NCBI GenBank assembly: GCA_044222475.1
Contig: JBGANF010000010.1
Location: 43,244-107,243 of the forward strand
Length of the DNA stretch: 64,000 nt
Source: Polyangiaceae bacterium
GTDB taxonomy: Bacteria > Myxococcota_A > Polyangia > Polyangiales > Polyangiaceae
Direction: 5' to 3'
Position numbers and translations under genes: made by a program. The notes under the pieces are model-generated. The model did no database searches and was not told where the DNA came from. It saw nothing but the letters and a program-made list of their open reading frames with translations. The stretch's first letter is position 1; each line of letters opens with the position of its first letter. Below, piece after piece: positions 9,742 through 19,176 of the stretch.

Positions 9742-10461
9742 ATGCCCCTCCCCGTCGCCATCGAGTCCTCGCGCCTCCGCGCACTCGGATTTCGTCATGG
9801 TTTCGCGACCCGCGCGCTCGATTTCTCGGCGCGCCTGACACCCGAGGAGCGCGCGGAGCACGCGCAGACGTTGGCGCTCCTGCTGCGCTACGAACCGAGT
9901 CGACTCTTCCAGGTGTCCCAGGTGCACGGCGGCACCGCCCTTCTCGCCGAGGGGGCTCCGTCGGCGTTCGCCGCGCGCGAAGCCGACGCGCTCGTCGCGA
10001 CGACGCGCGACGACGCCGTCGGCGTTCGCGTCGCCGATTGCGTCCCGGTGCTCCTCGCCGATCCGGAGAGCGGCGCCGTGGCAGCCGTCCACGCGGGATG
10101 GCGCGGCATCGTGGCCGGCATCAGCGAGTCGGCCATCGCGCTCGCGAGCGAGCGCGGCGCTCGATTCCGCGTCGGTGCGATCGGTCCGTGCATCGGCGCG
10201 TGCTGCTTCGAGGTCGGTCACGACGTCGCCGCGAAGATCGCCGAAGCCACCGGCGCCGACGTCGTCGACCGAACGACCGACGCGAAGGCGTGGGTGAATC
10301 TGCGCCGCGCCGTTCGCGCGACGCTCGTCCGCGCCGGCGTCACCGAGATCGAAGACGTCGGTGGCTGCACCAAGTGCTCGTCGGAGATCTACTTCTCGCA
10401 CCGCCGTGACGGCGAGCTCGCGGGTCGCCACCTAGCGGTGATCGCCGCTGGCCGTCGCTGA
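9742..10461 (+). CDS. pgeF: Peptidoglycan editing factor PgeF / YfiH (laccase-domain) protein
   Basis: HGF, QVHG, ADCVPVLL, HAGWRG, IGPCIGACCFEVG and FSHRR motifs. Confidence 0.9.
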   Translation: MPLPVAIESSRLRALGFRHGFATRALDFSARLTPEERAEHAQTLALLLRYEPSRLFQVSQVHGGTALLAEGAPSAFAAREADALVATTRDDAVGVRVADCVPVLLADPESGAVAAVHAGWRGIVAGISESAIALASERGARFRVGAIGPCIGACCFEVGHDVAAKIAEATGADVVDRTTDAKAWVNLRRAVRATLVRAGVTEIEDVGGCTKCSSEIYFSHRRDGELAGRHLAVIAAGRR

Positions 10462-10464
10462 CGT

Positions 10465-11148
10465 TCAGCTGGTCTTCGGCGCGCCGGCCTGGCGCTTGAA
10501 GCCGTCGAGGATGAGATCGAGCCCGAACTCGAAGATCGCGTCGAAGTGGGCCGGCGACAGGAGCGCCCCGACCTTGGCCAGCCGCGGCACGGCCGCTTCC
10601 GCCTCGGCCTCGGTTCCTTGCGCCGTCTCGGCGTGACGCGCGGCGTAGTTCGTCCCCGCGATCTCGTCGAGCGCGGTCCCGCTGGTGAAGTTGCCGACGG
10701 TTCGAAAGAGCTGCACCGCGAGCTTGGGCTCGAAGCCTTCGTCGAGCAGCGCGCCGAAGAGCGCGTCGAGCAGCGCTTTGGTCGCGTCCGTGTCGAAGCG
10801 GCGCATCGCGACGAGCGGGAACGCGTTCGGGTGGATGCGCGCGAGCGCGCGGTAGGAGCGAGCGAAGCCGCGCACGCGCTCGACCCAACCGGGTCCGGCG
10901 GGGGGCACCTCGACCTTGCGCATGATGCGATCGACCACCGCGTCGAGGAGGACGTCCTTGCTCGCGAAGTGGTTGTAGATCGCCATCGCCTCGCAGCCGA
11001 GCGCGCGCCCGATCTGCCGAGTGCTGAGCTCTTCGAGACCGTGCGCGTCGATGAGCGACAACGCGGTCGCGGCGATTCGATCGCGCGAGAGGGGCTCGCG
11101 CCGCTTGCGCTCTTTCTTTTCGACCTTGGGGGTGACCTTGCGCCGCAT
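10465..11148 (-). CDS. TetR/AcrR-family regulator with TetR C-terminal domain
   Basis: LSRDRIAATA...GLEELSTRQIGRALGCEAMAIYNHF HTH; FEFGLDLILDG C-terminus. Confidence 0.88.
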   Translation of the reverse strand: MRRKVTPKVEKKERKRREPLSRDRIAATALSLIDAHGLEELSTRQIGRALGCEAMAIYNHFASKDVLLDAVVDRIMRKVEVPPAGPGWVERVRGFARSYRALARIHPNAFPLVAMRRFDTDATKALLDALFGALLDEGFEPKLAVQLFRTVGNFTSGTALDEIAGTNYAARHAETAQGTEAEAEAAVPRLAKVGALLSPAHFDAIFEFGLDLILDGFKRQAGAPKTS

Positions 11149-11256
11149 GTTTCGAGGGCGGAAGACTAGACCGGCGCCGGGGCGAAACGGAACCCCGACG
11201 TGTACGCCCGCGCGACGTTGGAGTTTCATCTAGAAATATCGGGCTCTTGTGGGCGC

Positions 11257-11285
11257 TGGACACCGATGTATTTACGTTGTAAGCT
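11257..11285 (+). promoter_or_regulatory. Sigma70-type promoter overlapped by a TTAC-N3-GTAA palindrome (candidate TetR operator)
   Basis: TGGACA-N17-TAAGCT; TTACGTTGTAA at 11272-11282. Confidence 0.55.
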
Positions 11286-11293
11286 GCTGCCCG

Positions 11294-11476
11294 ATGATGG
11301 GAACGACGCCGAACGTCCCGGTTTCCGGGACGACCCGAGCCCTCGCGACGCCGGCAATTGCCGAGGTGCCGACGCCTGCGCGGCACCCGCTGCCGCGTTC
11401 GTACTCGAGCGAAGCCGACCGAACCCTGGTCGAGCGCCTTACGACGTTTTTCCAGCCGCCCAGCGACGTCCTCTGA
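11294..11476 (+). CDS. Small 60-aa hypothetical ORF or gene remnant
   Basis: ATG 8 nt after the TAAGCT -10 box; fills the TetR-thioesterase gap; no recognisable domain. Confidence 0.3.
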   Translation: MMGTTPNVPVSGTTRALATPAIAEVPTPARHPLPRSYSSEADRTLVERLTTFFQPPSDVL

Positions 11477-11512
11477 TCCCTCGAACGCGCGCATGTGACT
11501 AGGATGGCGGCG

Positions 11513-11950
11513 ATGATGGAGATCGCGCAGCTGACCCAGCTCATGGAGGAGTTCATCCCCTTCAATCGCCACCTCGGGATCAAGGTCACCGGCTGCGAGC
11601 CGGGGCGCGCGCACCTGACCCTTCCGTTCAAGGACCACTTCATCGGCGATCCGCTCCGGCCCGCGCTGCACGGCGGCGTGCTCAGCACCATGGTCGACGT
11701 GTCCGGCGGCCTCGCCGTCTGGACGAACCTCCTCGACCCGCGCGGGCGCGTGTCGACGATCGATCTCCGCATCGACTACCTGCGTCCGGCGCGACTCGAG
11801 ACCGTCGACGCCGTCGCGGTCGTCGTGCGTCAGGGCAACCGCGTCGCCGTCGTCGACGTCCGGCTCTTCCACCCCCAGCGATCCGAGGAGACGATCGCCA
11901 CCGGGAAGTGCGTCTACAACGTCACGATCGTCAAAGACAAGAAGGCCTGA
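11513..11950 (+). CDS. Hotdog-fold (PaaI-like) thioesterase
   Basis: PFNRHLG, LHGGVLSTMVD and STIDLRIDYLRP motifs; start could be 11495, 11504 or 11513. Confidence 0.88.
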   Translation: MMEIAQLTQLMEEFIPFNRHLGIKVTGCEPGRAHLTLPFKDHFIGDPLRPALHGGVLSTMVDVSGGLAVWTNLLDPRGRVSTIDLRIDYLRPARLETVDAVAVVVRQGNRVAVVDVRLFHPQRSEETIATGKCVYNVTIVKDKKA

Positions 11951-12007
11951 CCGCGTCACCGCCGACGCGCCTGCCCCGAAAAACCCGGTGTCGGCTCACT
12001 CGAGCCA

Positions 12008-12023
12008 TGGCATGCGGCGTGCT
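12008..12023 (+). promoter_or_regulatory. Putative sigma54 promoter of the 12047-15419 operon
   Basis: TGGCATGCGGCGTGCT (GG-N10-GC), followed by the RBS AGGAGG and ATG 12047. Confidence 0.6.
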
Positions 12024-12046
12024 CTAGCTCCTCCCAGGAGGCGCTC

Positions 12047-12415
12047 ATGTCGCTCAAGTTCTTCTTCGCTCTTCTTTCGGCAGGTGCGATCGCGGTCTCG
12101 GCGTGCGCGAGCACGTCGAGCAGCGAGTGCACCACCGGCTCCGCGTGTGGCGCGTGCAGCACGGCTGGTTCTTGCGATCGTCAGTGCATCGGGGGAGGAT
12201 GCTCCTTTCAATGCACGAGCGCTGGGAGCTGCAATTTCGCCTGTCCGGACGGGAAATGCACGGTGACGGCGACCGGTCCGGGATCGGTGAACCTCTCGTG
12301 CGCGGGCGGGGGCTGCACGATCGACTGCCGGGGCACCGGGAGCTGCAACATCCTCGACTGCGCGGGCGGTGGCTGCACGTGCAACCGAACCGGAACCGGA
12401 TCGTGCAATCCCTGA
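12047..12415 (+). CDS. Cys-rich repeat lipoprotein
   Basis: RBS AGGAGG; lipobox VSAC; 18 further Cys in a C-x3-C-x4/5 pattern. Confidence 0.75.
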   Translation: MSLKFFFALLSAGAIAVSACASTSSSECTTGSACGACSTAGSCDRQCIGGGCSFQCTSAGSCNFACPDGKCTVTATGPGSVNLSCAGGGCTIDCRGTGSCNILDCAGGGCTCNRTGTGSCNP

Positions 12416-12849
12416 CGCGAGTCCTCGCCACGCTGGTGCTCGCCGCGACGGCAGGCTGCGCGTACGACTGGTCCGTCGGCGAAGGCGACGCGAGCGCTCC
12501 CCCCGGAAACGACGGCGGCGGCGGCTGCGGCAACTGCGCCGCGAGCTGCACGAGCGGCAAGTGCACGCCCGTGTGCGAGAGCAACACCTGCAAGCTCGGG
12601 TGCAGCGTGACGACGTGCAGCGGAACCTGCGCCGCGGGGCAGTCGTGCAACCTCGGCTGTTCGGCGAGCACGTGCAATCTCACGTGCCAAACTGGGTCCA
12701 GCTGCGACGTCGCGTGCTCGGCCAGCACGTGTCACGTGACCTGCGCCGCCGGAGCGACGTGCAGGGTCTCTTGCCCGGTATCGGCGACGTGCACGATGGA
12801 TTGCCCCGCCGGGGCGACGTGCTCCTGTACCGGCGCGGGGTGCCCGTGA
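12403..12849 (+). CDS. Cys-rich repeat lipoprotein
   Basis: GTG start overlapping the previous gene; lipobox TAGC; 24 further Cys in regular C-x3-C-x4/5 repeats. Confidence 0.75.
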   Translation: MQSLTRVLATLVLAATAGCAYDWSVGEGDASAPPGNDGGGGCGNCAASCTSGKCTPVCESNTCKLGCSVTTCSGTCAAGQSCNLGCSASTCNLTCQTGSSCDVACSASTCHVTCAAGATCRVSCPVSATCTMDCPAGATCSCTGAGCP

Positions 12850-13838
12850 GACGCGCACGGTGGGCGTTCGTCGTCGCGCTCCTCGCCGCCACCGCGACGT
12901 CGGTCGCCTCGGCCGAGACGGCGAAGGAGGCCTACGAAGAGGGCACCAAGGCCCACAAAGCCGGCGACTTCGCCCGCGCCGCCGCTGCATTCGCCCGCGC
13001 CGACTCCCTTTCGCCGAACGACGTCGCGCTCAAGGCTGCACTCGACGCAGCCGTGAAGGCCGACGATCCCATCCTCGGCGCGGAGCTCCTCGATCGCGCG
13101 CGATCGCGGACCCTCGGCGCGGCTGCGCAAGCGAGCGTCACCGCAGCCACCGCGAAGCTCGCCCACCGGACCGGGTTCATCCGGGTCGTCTGCGCGGCAC
13201 GGTGCTCGGTCACGATCGACGGGAAAGACGCGACGCCCGCCGCCGACGTTCGTACCACATTGGGACCACATGCCGTCGTCGCGCGTTTCGATGGCGCGCA
13301 GGAGTCGAGCTCGAGCGTCGTCGTCGTCGCCGACCAGACGTCGCTCGTCCAAGCGGCGCCCCCCGCACCGCCCCCGCCAGCCACGACGACACCGCCACCG
13401 CCGACGACGGTCGCCCCCCCGGCGCCGACGTTCTACGCGCCAGCGCCGCCGCCGGATGGCTTCCAACCGCCGCCGCCCGACACCGACCAGCAGCGCGGCG
13501 GCGGCGGCATCCACCCGGCGCTCTTCTTCGTCGGCCTCGGTCTCACCGTCGCCACCGGCGCGACGACGCTCGGCTTGGGCCTCTGGACGGCGTCGATTCA
13601 CTCCGACTTCGGCGATCGAGGCTGCGCGACCGCCGCGTACGCCGGCTGCAATGGGCTCGCCAGCGAGGGCAAGGGCGCACAGCTCGCGACGAACGTCCTC
13701 GGCGGCGTGACCGGTGGGCTCGCGCTCACCACCATCATCATCGGGATCTTCACCCGATGGCACAAGCCCACGCCAGTGTTCGTCACGCATCTGGGAGTTG
13801 GGGACGGTCTCGGGATCTCGGTCTCGGGACGCTTCTGA
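12846..13838 (+). CDS. Exported TPR / PEGA-like protein with C-terminal hydrophobic segments
   Basis: Signal peptide ending ASA; TPR-like YEEGTKAHKAGDFARAAAAFARA; VTIDGK...LGPHAVVA PEGA-like segment; Pro-rich linker; terminal SVSGRF. Confidence 0.65.
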   Translation: MRRARWAFVVALLAATATSVASAETAKEAYEEGTKAHKAGDFARAAAAFARADSLSPNDVALKAALDAAVKADDPILGAELLDRARSRTLGAAAQASVTAATAKLAHRTGFIRVVCAARCSVTIDGKDATPAADVRTTLGPHAVVARFDGAQESSSSVVVVADQTSLVQAAPPAPPPPATTTPPPPTTVAPPAPTFYAPAPPPDGFQPPPPDTDQQRGGGGIHPALFFVGLGLTVATGATTLGLGLWTASIHSDFGDRGCATAAYAGCNGLASEGKGAQLATNVLGGVTGGLALTTIIIGIFTRWHKPTPVFVTHLGVGDGLGISVSGRF

Positions 13839-13865
13839 GCTAGACTGCGTTAGAGTGTGTGCGCG

Positions 13866-15419
13866 ATGACCGAGCGTCGGTACGAGCCGATCCTGAAGCT
13901 CGCCGCCGGCGGAATGGCGACGGTGTTCGTGGGTACCGCCCGCGGCGCCATGGGATTCCGTCAGCTCGTCGCGCTCAAGCAGCCGCACAAGCATCTGCTC
14001 GAGGATCCCCTGTACCGCAAGGAGCTCGTCGCCGAAGCGCGGCTCGCGTCGTTGATCCACCACGCGAACGTCGTCGACGTGCGCGACATCGAGATCGACG
14101 GCGACGAGATCACGCTCGTCATGGACTACATCGAGGGCGCGTCGCTCTCCGAGCTCCTCATGATCGGCCTGCGCGGCGGCCCGCGGGTACCGCCGGCGGT
14201 CGCGATTCGGATCATCCTCGACGCGTGCGCCGGTCTTCACGCCGCCCACGACATCGTCGACGAGAAGGGGCGCGCCGTGGGCCTGGTCCATCGCGACGTG
14301 TCGCCGCAGAACATCCTCATCGGGCTCGACGGCACCGCGCGCGTCTCGGACTTCGGCGTCGCGAAGCTCACCAGCGGTCAGTCGACCGCCCACGGAACGC
14401 TCAAGGGAAAGCTCGCGTACATGGCGCCCGAGTATCTCCGGAACGAGCGCGTCGACCGCCGCCTCGACGTGTTCGCTCTCGGCGTCGTCCTCTGGGAGGC
14501 GCTCGCTTACGATCGACTCTTCCGTGGGCAGCACGACGCCGACACGCTGCGAAAGGTGCTCGAGCATCGGGCGCCGCGGCTGTCCGAGGTGGCCCCGGAG
14601 CTCGGCACCGAGCTCGACTCGGTCGTCGAGACCGCGCTCGCCAAGGATCGCGATGCGCGCTTCCAGAGCGCGCTCGCCTTCGCTACCGCGCTCGAGGCGA
14701 GCGCGCGTCGAGCGGGTCTCGTCGCGTCCCACGCCGAGGTCGCCGAGGTCGTCCGGTCGATGATGGGAGCGCCGATCGAAGAGCGACGCCAGGCGATCCG
14801 CAAGAAGATGGCCGAAGAGCCGTCGCTCCTCAGCTTCATGAAGAGCGATGCGCCGCCCGAGGTCGCCGCGCTCAATCGGCCGAACCCCGATCTCATCGCC
14901 ACCGTGGCACCGGCGACCAAGCCGACGATGGACACGCTGCCGATCGACCAGCCGACCCCGCCACCGGCCGTCACGCTCCCGCTGGCTCAGCCCACCGGTT
15001 CGCGACCGGCGCTGGCGGCGTCCCAACCGTCGATCCCACCGCACGAAGAGCCGTCGCGGCCGTTCGATCCGATGTCGATCTCGCAGCTGCCTTCGACCCC
15101 GAAGCGCTCGCTCGCGGTTCCGGTGACCATCGTGATCGCGCTCGTGATCGTCCTCGGTGGCGTCGCGACCTGGACCGCGACGCGAAGCTCCGAGCCGTCA
15201 CCCACGACGACGCCGAGCATCACGTCGACTCCGACGGTCGCGGCATCGGCGTCCTCGGCGGCGTCGACGGCATCGGCAAGCGCGGCCTCGAGCGCGCTCG
15301 CTCCGCTGACGACGAAACCGCTCCCACACGGAACGCACGCCGCACCGCACTCGAGCACGACCGGCACGGTACCCCCCAAGCCGACCGGCACCGACGATCC
15401 GCCGCCGAACCCCTACTGA
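13866..15419 (+). CDS. Membrane Ser/Thr protein kinase
   Basis: AAGGMATVF, VALK, HRDVSPQN, DFG and GKLAYMAPE motifs; one TM; S/T/P-rich tail ending PPPNPY. Confidence 0.93.
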   Translation: MTERRYEPILKLAAGGMATVFVGTARGAMGFRQLVALKQPHKHLLEDPLYRKELVAEARLASLIHHANVVDVRDIEIDGDEITLVMDYIEGASLSELLMIGLRGGPRVPPAVAIRIILDACAGLHAAHDIVDEKGRAVGLVHRDVSPQNILIGLDGTARVSDFGVAKLTSGQSTAHGTLKGKLAYMAPEYLRNERVDRRLDVFALGVVLWEALAYDRLFRGQHDADTLRKVLEHRAPRLSEVAPELGTELDSVVETALAKDRDARFQSALAFATALEASARRAGLVASHAEVAEVVRSMMGAPIEERRQAIRKKMAEEPSLLSFMKSDAPPEVAALNRPNPDLIATVAPATKPTMDTLPIDQPTPPPAVTLPLAQPTGSRPALAASQPSIPPHEEPSRPFDPMSISQLPSTPKRSLAVPVTIVIALVIVLGGVATWTATRSSEPSPTTTPSITSTPTVAASASSAASTASASAASSALAPLTTKPLPHGTHAAPHSSTTGTVPPKPTGTDDPPPNPY

Positions 15420-16153
15420 TCGACCGCGTCGGGCCCGAAGACCTCGACGTCGACGCCGGACGCGTAGTGGACCGTCTCCGGCATGCCGGTCACGCCACCG
15501 GGGACGCCGTCGGCGAGGACGAGCTCGTCGTGGACCGAGTGCACGACCGCGCGCTGGGCCGGATACGGCACGTGGTGCACGTGGCCGCGGAAGACCTGCC
15601 CCTTCTTCTCGAGGAAGAGGTAGTAGCGCTCGAGGAGGAAGTGCTCGAGTGTCCCAACTTGGGACGGGCCGAGGAGCTCGCCGAGCGAGTACTCGACCTC
15701 GAACCGCGCGCCTCCCGACTTTCGCGCGGTCGCGTACTTGACGCGATCGCCGACCTTCTCCGAGCTCATCTCGGCGAAGTGGTACGGGAGGCCCCACACG
15801 AACCGCGCGACGCGCACCGCGAGCCACGAGCTCGCCTCGAGCGAGAGGAAGAACACCCCCGGCTTGCCGCGGTGGTGGACGTACGTGCGCACGTTGGTCT
15901 CGAGGAACTCGAGCCCGGCGCGCTTCGGCATCCACGCCGATCGGATGTCGTCCATCCGAAACGGGACCATGCCGACGTACGCCCGCCCGTCGTAGAGATC
16001 GAGCTCGAGCGACTTGGGCACGAGCGGGCGGATGACCTCGGGCGCGAACGTCCAGTGGAGGAAGAGGAGCTCGGTCCACTTCTGCGTGCCGGCGTTGTCT
16101 CCCTCGGGGCGCTTCGTCGGCGACACCCGGTCGAGGTCGAGGAACGGCCCCAT
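15413..16153 (-). CDS. DUF2071 (YqjF-like) protein
   Basis: QKWTELLFLHW, ETNVRTYV, GVFFLSLEA and FLLERY motifs. Confidence 0.85.
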   Translation of the reverse strand: MGPFLDLDRVSPTKRPEGDNAGTQKWTELLFLHWTFAPEVIRPLVPKSLELDLYDGRAYVGMVPFRMDDIRSAWMPKRAGLEFLETNVRTYVHHRGKPGVFFLSLEASSWLAVRVARFVWGLPYHFAEMSSEKVGDRVKYATARKSGGARFEVEYSLGELLGPSQVGTLEHFLLERYYLFLEKKGQVFRGHVHHVPYPAQRAVVHSVHDELVLADGVPGGVTGMPETVHYASGVDVEVFGPDAVDQ

Positions 16154-16161
16154 TCGCTGAC

Positions 16162-17565
16162 TCAGGCCGGCGGAGCGACGCTGCCGCTCGCGCCGCTGCC
16201 CTTGGCGAGGAAGTCGATCAGGTCGATCTTGGCGATGATCCCGACGAGCTCGTCGCGCTCGGTCACCATGGCGACCTTCGCGTCGGCGAGGGCGGCCTGG
16301 AGGAGCTCGATCTTCGTGTCGGGCGTGACGGTGGCGTAGTCGCTCTCGGCGATCTCGCCGACGGGAGACTCGAGCGTCTTCTTGCCGCTCACGAGGTGAC
16401 GGAGCAGGTCGACCTCGGCCACGATGCCGCGGAGCTTGCCGTCGTCGACGACCGGGAGCTGGCTGATCCCGCTCGACTTCAGGATGTCGATGGCCTCGCG
16501 CACCGTGGTCTTCACCTGCGCCGTGACGAGCTTGCCGCGGTAGCGCTTGCCGAGCACGTCCTTGACGGTGCCGAGGCCCGGGTTCTCTTCGAGGAAGCCG
16601 TTCTCGCGCATCCAGTCGTCGTTGAAGATCTTCGACACGTACTTGTTGCCGCCGTCGGCGAGGAACACGAGGAGCTTCTGACCCTTCTTCTCGTTCTCCT
16701 TCGCCCACTTGATCGCGCCGGCGACGGCCGCGCCGCCGGAGCCGCCGACGAAGAGCCCCTCTTGGCGCGTGAGCTCGCGCGTCATGAGGAAGCACTCCTT
16801 GTCGTCGACGCGGACGATGTCGTCGAGGATCTTCAGGTTCATCGTCGTCGGGAAGAAGTCCTCGCCGATGCCTTCGACCTTGTACGAGAACGGCTTCGTG
16901 ATCCGCTGCGTCTTGACGAAGTCGTAGTAGAGCGAGCCGACCGGATCGACGCCGACGATCTTGATCGACGGCTTCTTCTCCTTGAGGAACTTCCCGGTGC
17001 CGCTCAGCGTGCCGCCGGTCCCCATGCCGGCGAGGAAGACGTCGAAGTCACCGTCGGTCTGGCGCCAGATCTCCGGCCCGGTGGAGACGTAGTGCGCCTC
17101 GGGGTTGGCCGGGTTGTGGTACTGGTTCGCGTAGAAGCAGTTCGGCGTCTCGACCGACAAGCGCTTGGCGACCTGGTAGTAGCTGCGCGGGTCGTCGGCT
17201 TCGACGGCGGTGGGGCAGACGACGACCTTCGCGCCGAACGCGCGCAGGTTCGAGATCTTCTCCTGGCTCATCTTGTCGGGCATGACGAAGATGCACTTGT
17301 AGCCGCGCACCGCGGCGAGGAGAGCCAACGAGGCGCCGGTGTTTCCGCTCGTCGCCTCGACGATGGTGCCGCCCGGCTTGAGCCCGCCCTCTTCGGCGCG
17401 GCGAAGGAGGTTCGCCGCCAGGCGGTCCTTGTGGCTGCCGCCGGGGTTCAGGTACTCGCACTTGACGTAGATCTCGCAGTCGAGCCCGGCGGTCACCTTG
17501 TTCAGGCGGACGATGGGGGTGTTGCCGACGGCCTTGGTGATGTCCTCGATGGCGCCCTTCATCAT
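16162..17565 (-). CDS. cbs: Cystathionine beta-synthase with C-terminal CBS domain pair
   Basis: GNTP, NPGGSHKDR (PLP Lys), EATSGNTG, GMGTGGT and YKVEGIG motifs; C-terminal ISQLPVVD CBS domains. Confidence 0.88.
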   Translation of the reverse strand: MMKGAIEDITKAVGNTPIVRLNKVTAGLDCEIYVKCEYLNPGGSHKDRLAANLLRRAEEGGLKPGGTIVEATSGNTGASLALLAAVRGYKCIFVMPDKMSQEKISNLRAFGAKVVVCPTAVEADDPRSYYQVAKRLSVETPNCFYANQYHNPANPEAHYVSTGPEIWRQTDGDFDVFLAGMGTGGTLSGTGKFLKEKKPSIKIVGVDPVGSLYYDFVKTQRITKPFSYKVEGIGEDFFPTTMNLKILDDIVRVDDKECFLMTRELTRQEGLFVGGSGGAAVAGAIKWAKENEKKGQKLLVFLADGGNKYVSKIFNDDWMRENGFLEENPGLGTVKDVLGKRYRGKLVTAQVKTTVREAIDILKSSGISQLPVVDDGKLRGIVAEVDLLRHLVSGKKTLESPVGEIAESDYATVTPDTKIELLQAALADAKVAMVTERDELVGIIAKIDLIDFLAKGSGASGSVAPPA

Positions 17566-17669
17566 GGTCTGGCCCAGATAGCCCATTCCCGTGCGGGCGG
17601 GAACTGGCGCATGTATTTGCGTAGCGTCGGCAAATAGATGTGGTAGGAACAGCGCCTCCGGAGGGCGCC

Positions 17670-19130
17670 ATGCGAAGAGTCTTCGTCGCCGTGTTGGGTG
17701 TGGCCATCGGCTGTGGCAGCGCGGACGGGAGCGCTCCCGCCCCGCCGAAGGGCGACGGCGGCGAGACGACCGACGCGCCGGTCCCCGAGGTCGACGCCGA
17801 AGCCCCCGCGGTCGACGCCGCCAAGGTTCCCCCTCCTCCGGTCGACCGGCCGGCGATCGGCTGCGGCGACCCGCTCGAGTCGGTGTACGTCGCGCCTCAA
17901 GTCATGCCGCCGATGAGCTCGGCGCTTCGCGGCGACGTGGTGCGTTGCGCCGCCAAGGGAGATCTCACGATCCAAGAAGCGAGCGACCGCCTGACCGCGA
18001 AGGGCGTGAGCATCAAGGCGACGTTCGGCGTGCACGAGTACCGCATCGCGTTCCGCACGCTGAAGAGCGACGGCTCGGCCGGCATCTCGACGGCCCGCGT
18101 GCTGCTCCCCGACACGAAGGCCCCGGTCGACGACGCGGTGCTCGTCGCCCATCCGACCGACGGCATCGCCGACGGGTGCGCGCCCTCGAAGAATGACGGC
18201 GCGAACGACGAGCTCGCGCTCGCCTGGGCCGCGCTCGGGCGGCCGGTGATCGTCCCGGACTACGTCGGCCTCGGCAACGACGGCGTCCAGGCCTACCTCG
18301 ACAACCGCGAGCAAGGACAGACCGTGCTCGACGCGGGGCGCGCGCTCGACGATCTCCTCGCCCACGGTGCGTTCGGAAAACTGCTCGTCGTCGGGTACAG
18401 CCAAGGCGGCGGCGCCGCGCTGAGCGCGCAGGCGCTGGAGAAGACGTACGGCACCAGCGGCAAGCTCGTCGGCGTCGTCGCGTTCGCGCCGGAGTGGCCC
18501 ATCGACGCCAAGTCGTTCGGCTACGTCGACATCCTCGCGAACCCGACGAAGCTCACGGTGATGACGGGCCTGTCCAAGAGCTCCATCGCCGTCATGCGCT
18601 CGTACGCGTACTACGCCAACCGCGTCGGCCTCGGACACGCGGCCGACGGGTTCCCGGCCGGCAACCGGGCGAGCTTCCAGAACGCGATCGACAGCCTGTG
18701 CCTCATCCCGCTCGGCGGGTACCTCCAAGGGACGGCGTTCACGGTGGGCGATCTCGTCGACCCGACCCTGCGCACGTCGCTCCTCTCCTGCATTCAGTCG
18801 AACGGCGCGGCCTGCAGCGAGCCGGGCAAGAGCTTCTACGGGTTTCTCCAGCAGAACGTGCTCGTCAGCGACCCGAGCGGGGCGCCGGTCGTCATCGTGC
18901 AGGGCATGCTCGATCAGATCTTGCCGGCGGCCGAGGAGGCGGCGTGCATCCGCGACAAGATGATCGCCGACGGCCGCGCGCCCGAGCTGTGCATCGACGG
19001 AACGGCGACCCACCAGAGCATCGTCTCTACGCAGGGCGACTTCGCGATGAAGTGGGGCACCGCCGTGTTCGGCGGCGCACCGCACCCGGCGTGTGCGCAG
19101 AACAAGCTCCCGGCGTGCAGCCGGCCCTGA
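17670..19130 (+). CDS. Secreted lipase-family (alpha/beta hydrolase) lipoprotein
   Basis: Lipobox AIGC; HPTDGIADGCAPS, PDYVGLG and nucleophile motif GYSQGG; QGMLD and ATH catalytic Asp/His candidates. Confidence 0.8.
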   Translation: MRRVFVAVLGVAIGCGSADGSAPAPPKGDGGETTDAPVPEVDAEAPAVDAAKVPPPPVDRPAIGCGDPLESVYVAPQVMPPMSSALRGDVVRCAAKGDLTIQEASDRLTAKGVSIKATFGVHEYRIAFRTLKSDGSAGISTARVLLPDTKAPVDDAVLVAHPTDGIADGCAPSKNDGANDELALAWAALGRPVIVPDYVGLGNDGVQAYLDNREQGQTVLDAGRALDDLLAHGAFGKLLVVGYSQGGGAALSAQALEKTYGTSGKLVGVVAFAPEWPIDAKSFGYVDILANPTKLTVMTGLSKSSIAVMRSYAYYANRVGLGHAADGFPAGNRASFQNAIDSLCLIPLGGYLQGTAFTVGDLVDPTLRTSLLSCIQSNGAACSEPGKSFYGFLQQNVLVSDPSGAPVVIVQGMLDQILPAAEEAACIRDKMIADGRAPELCIDGTATHQSIVSTQGDFAMKWGTAVFGGAPHPACAQNKLPACSRP

Positions 19131-19176
19131 TCGTCGTCCGCGTAGACCGATCGTCGTCCCGGTACGTCCTAGGGCC

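Noticed and set aside
17605..17621. sigma54 site upstream of the lipase gene (TGGCGC...TTGC)
   Set aside because: The spacing is GG-N11-GC, not the required N10
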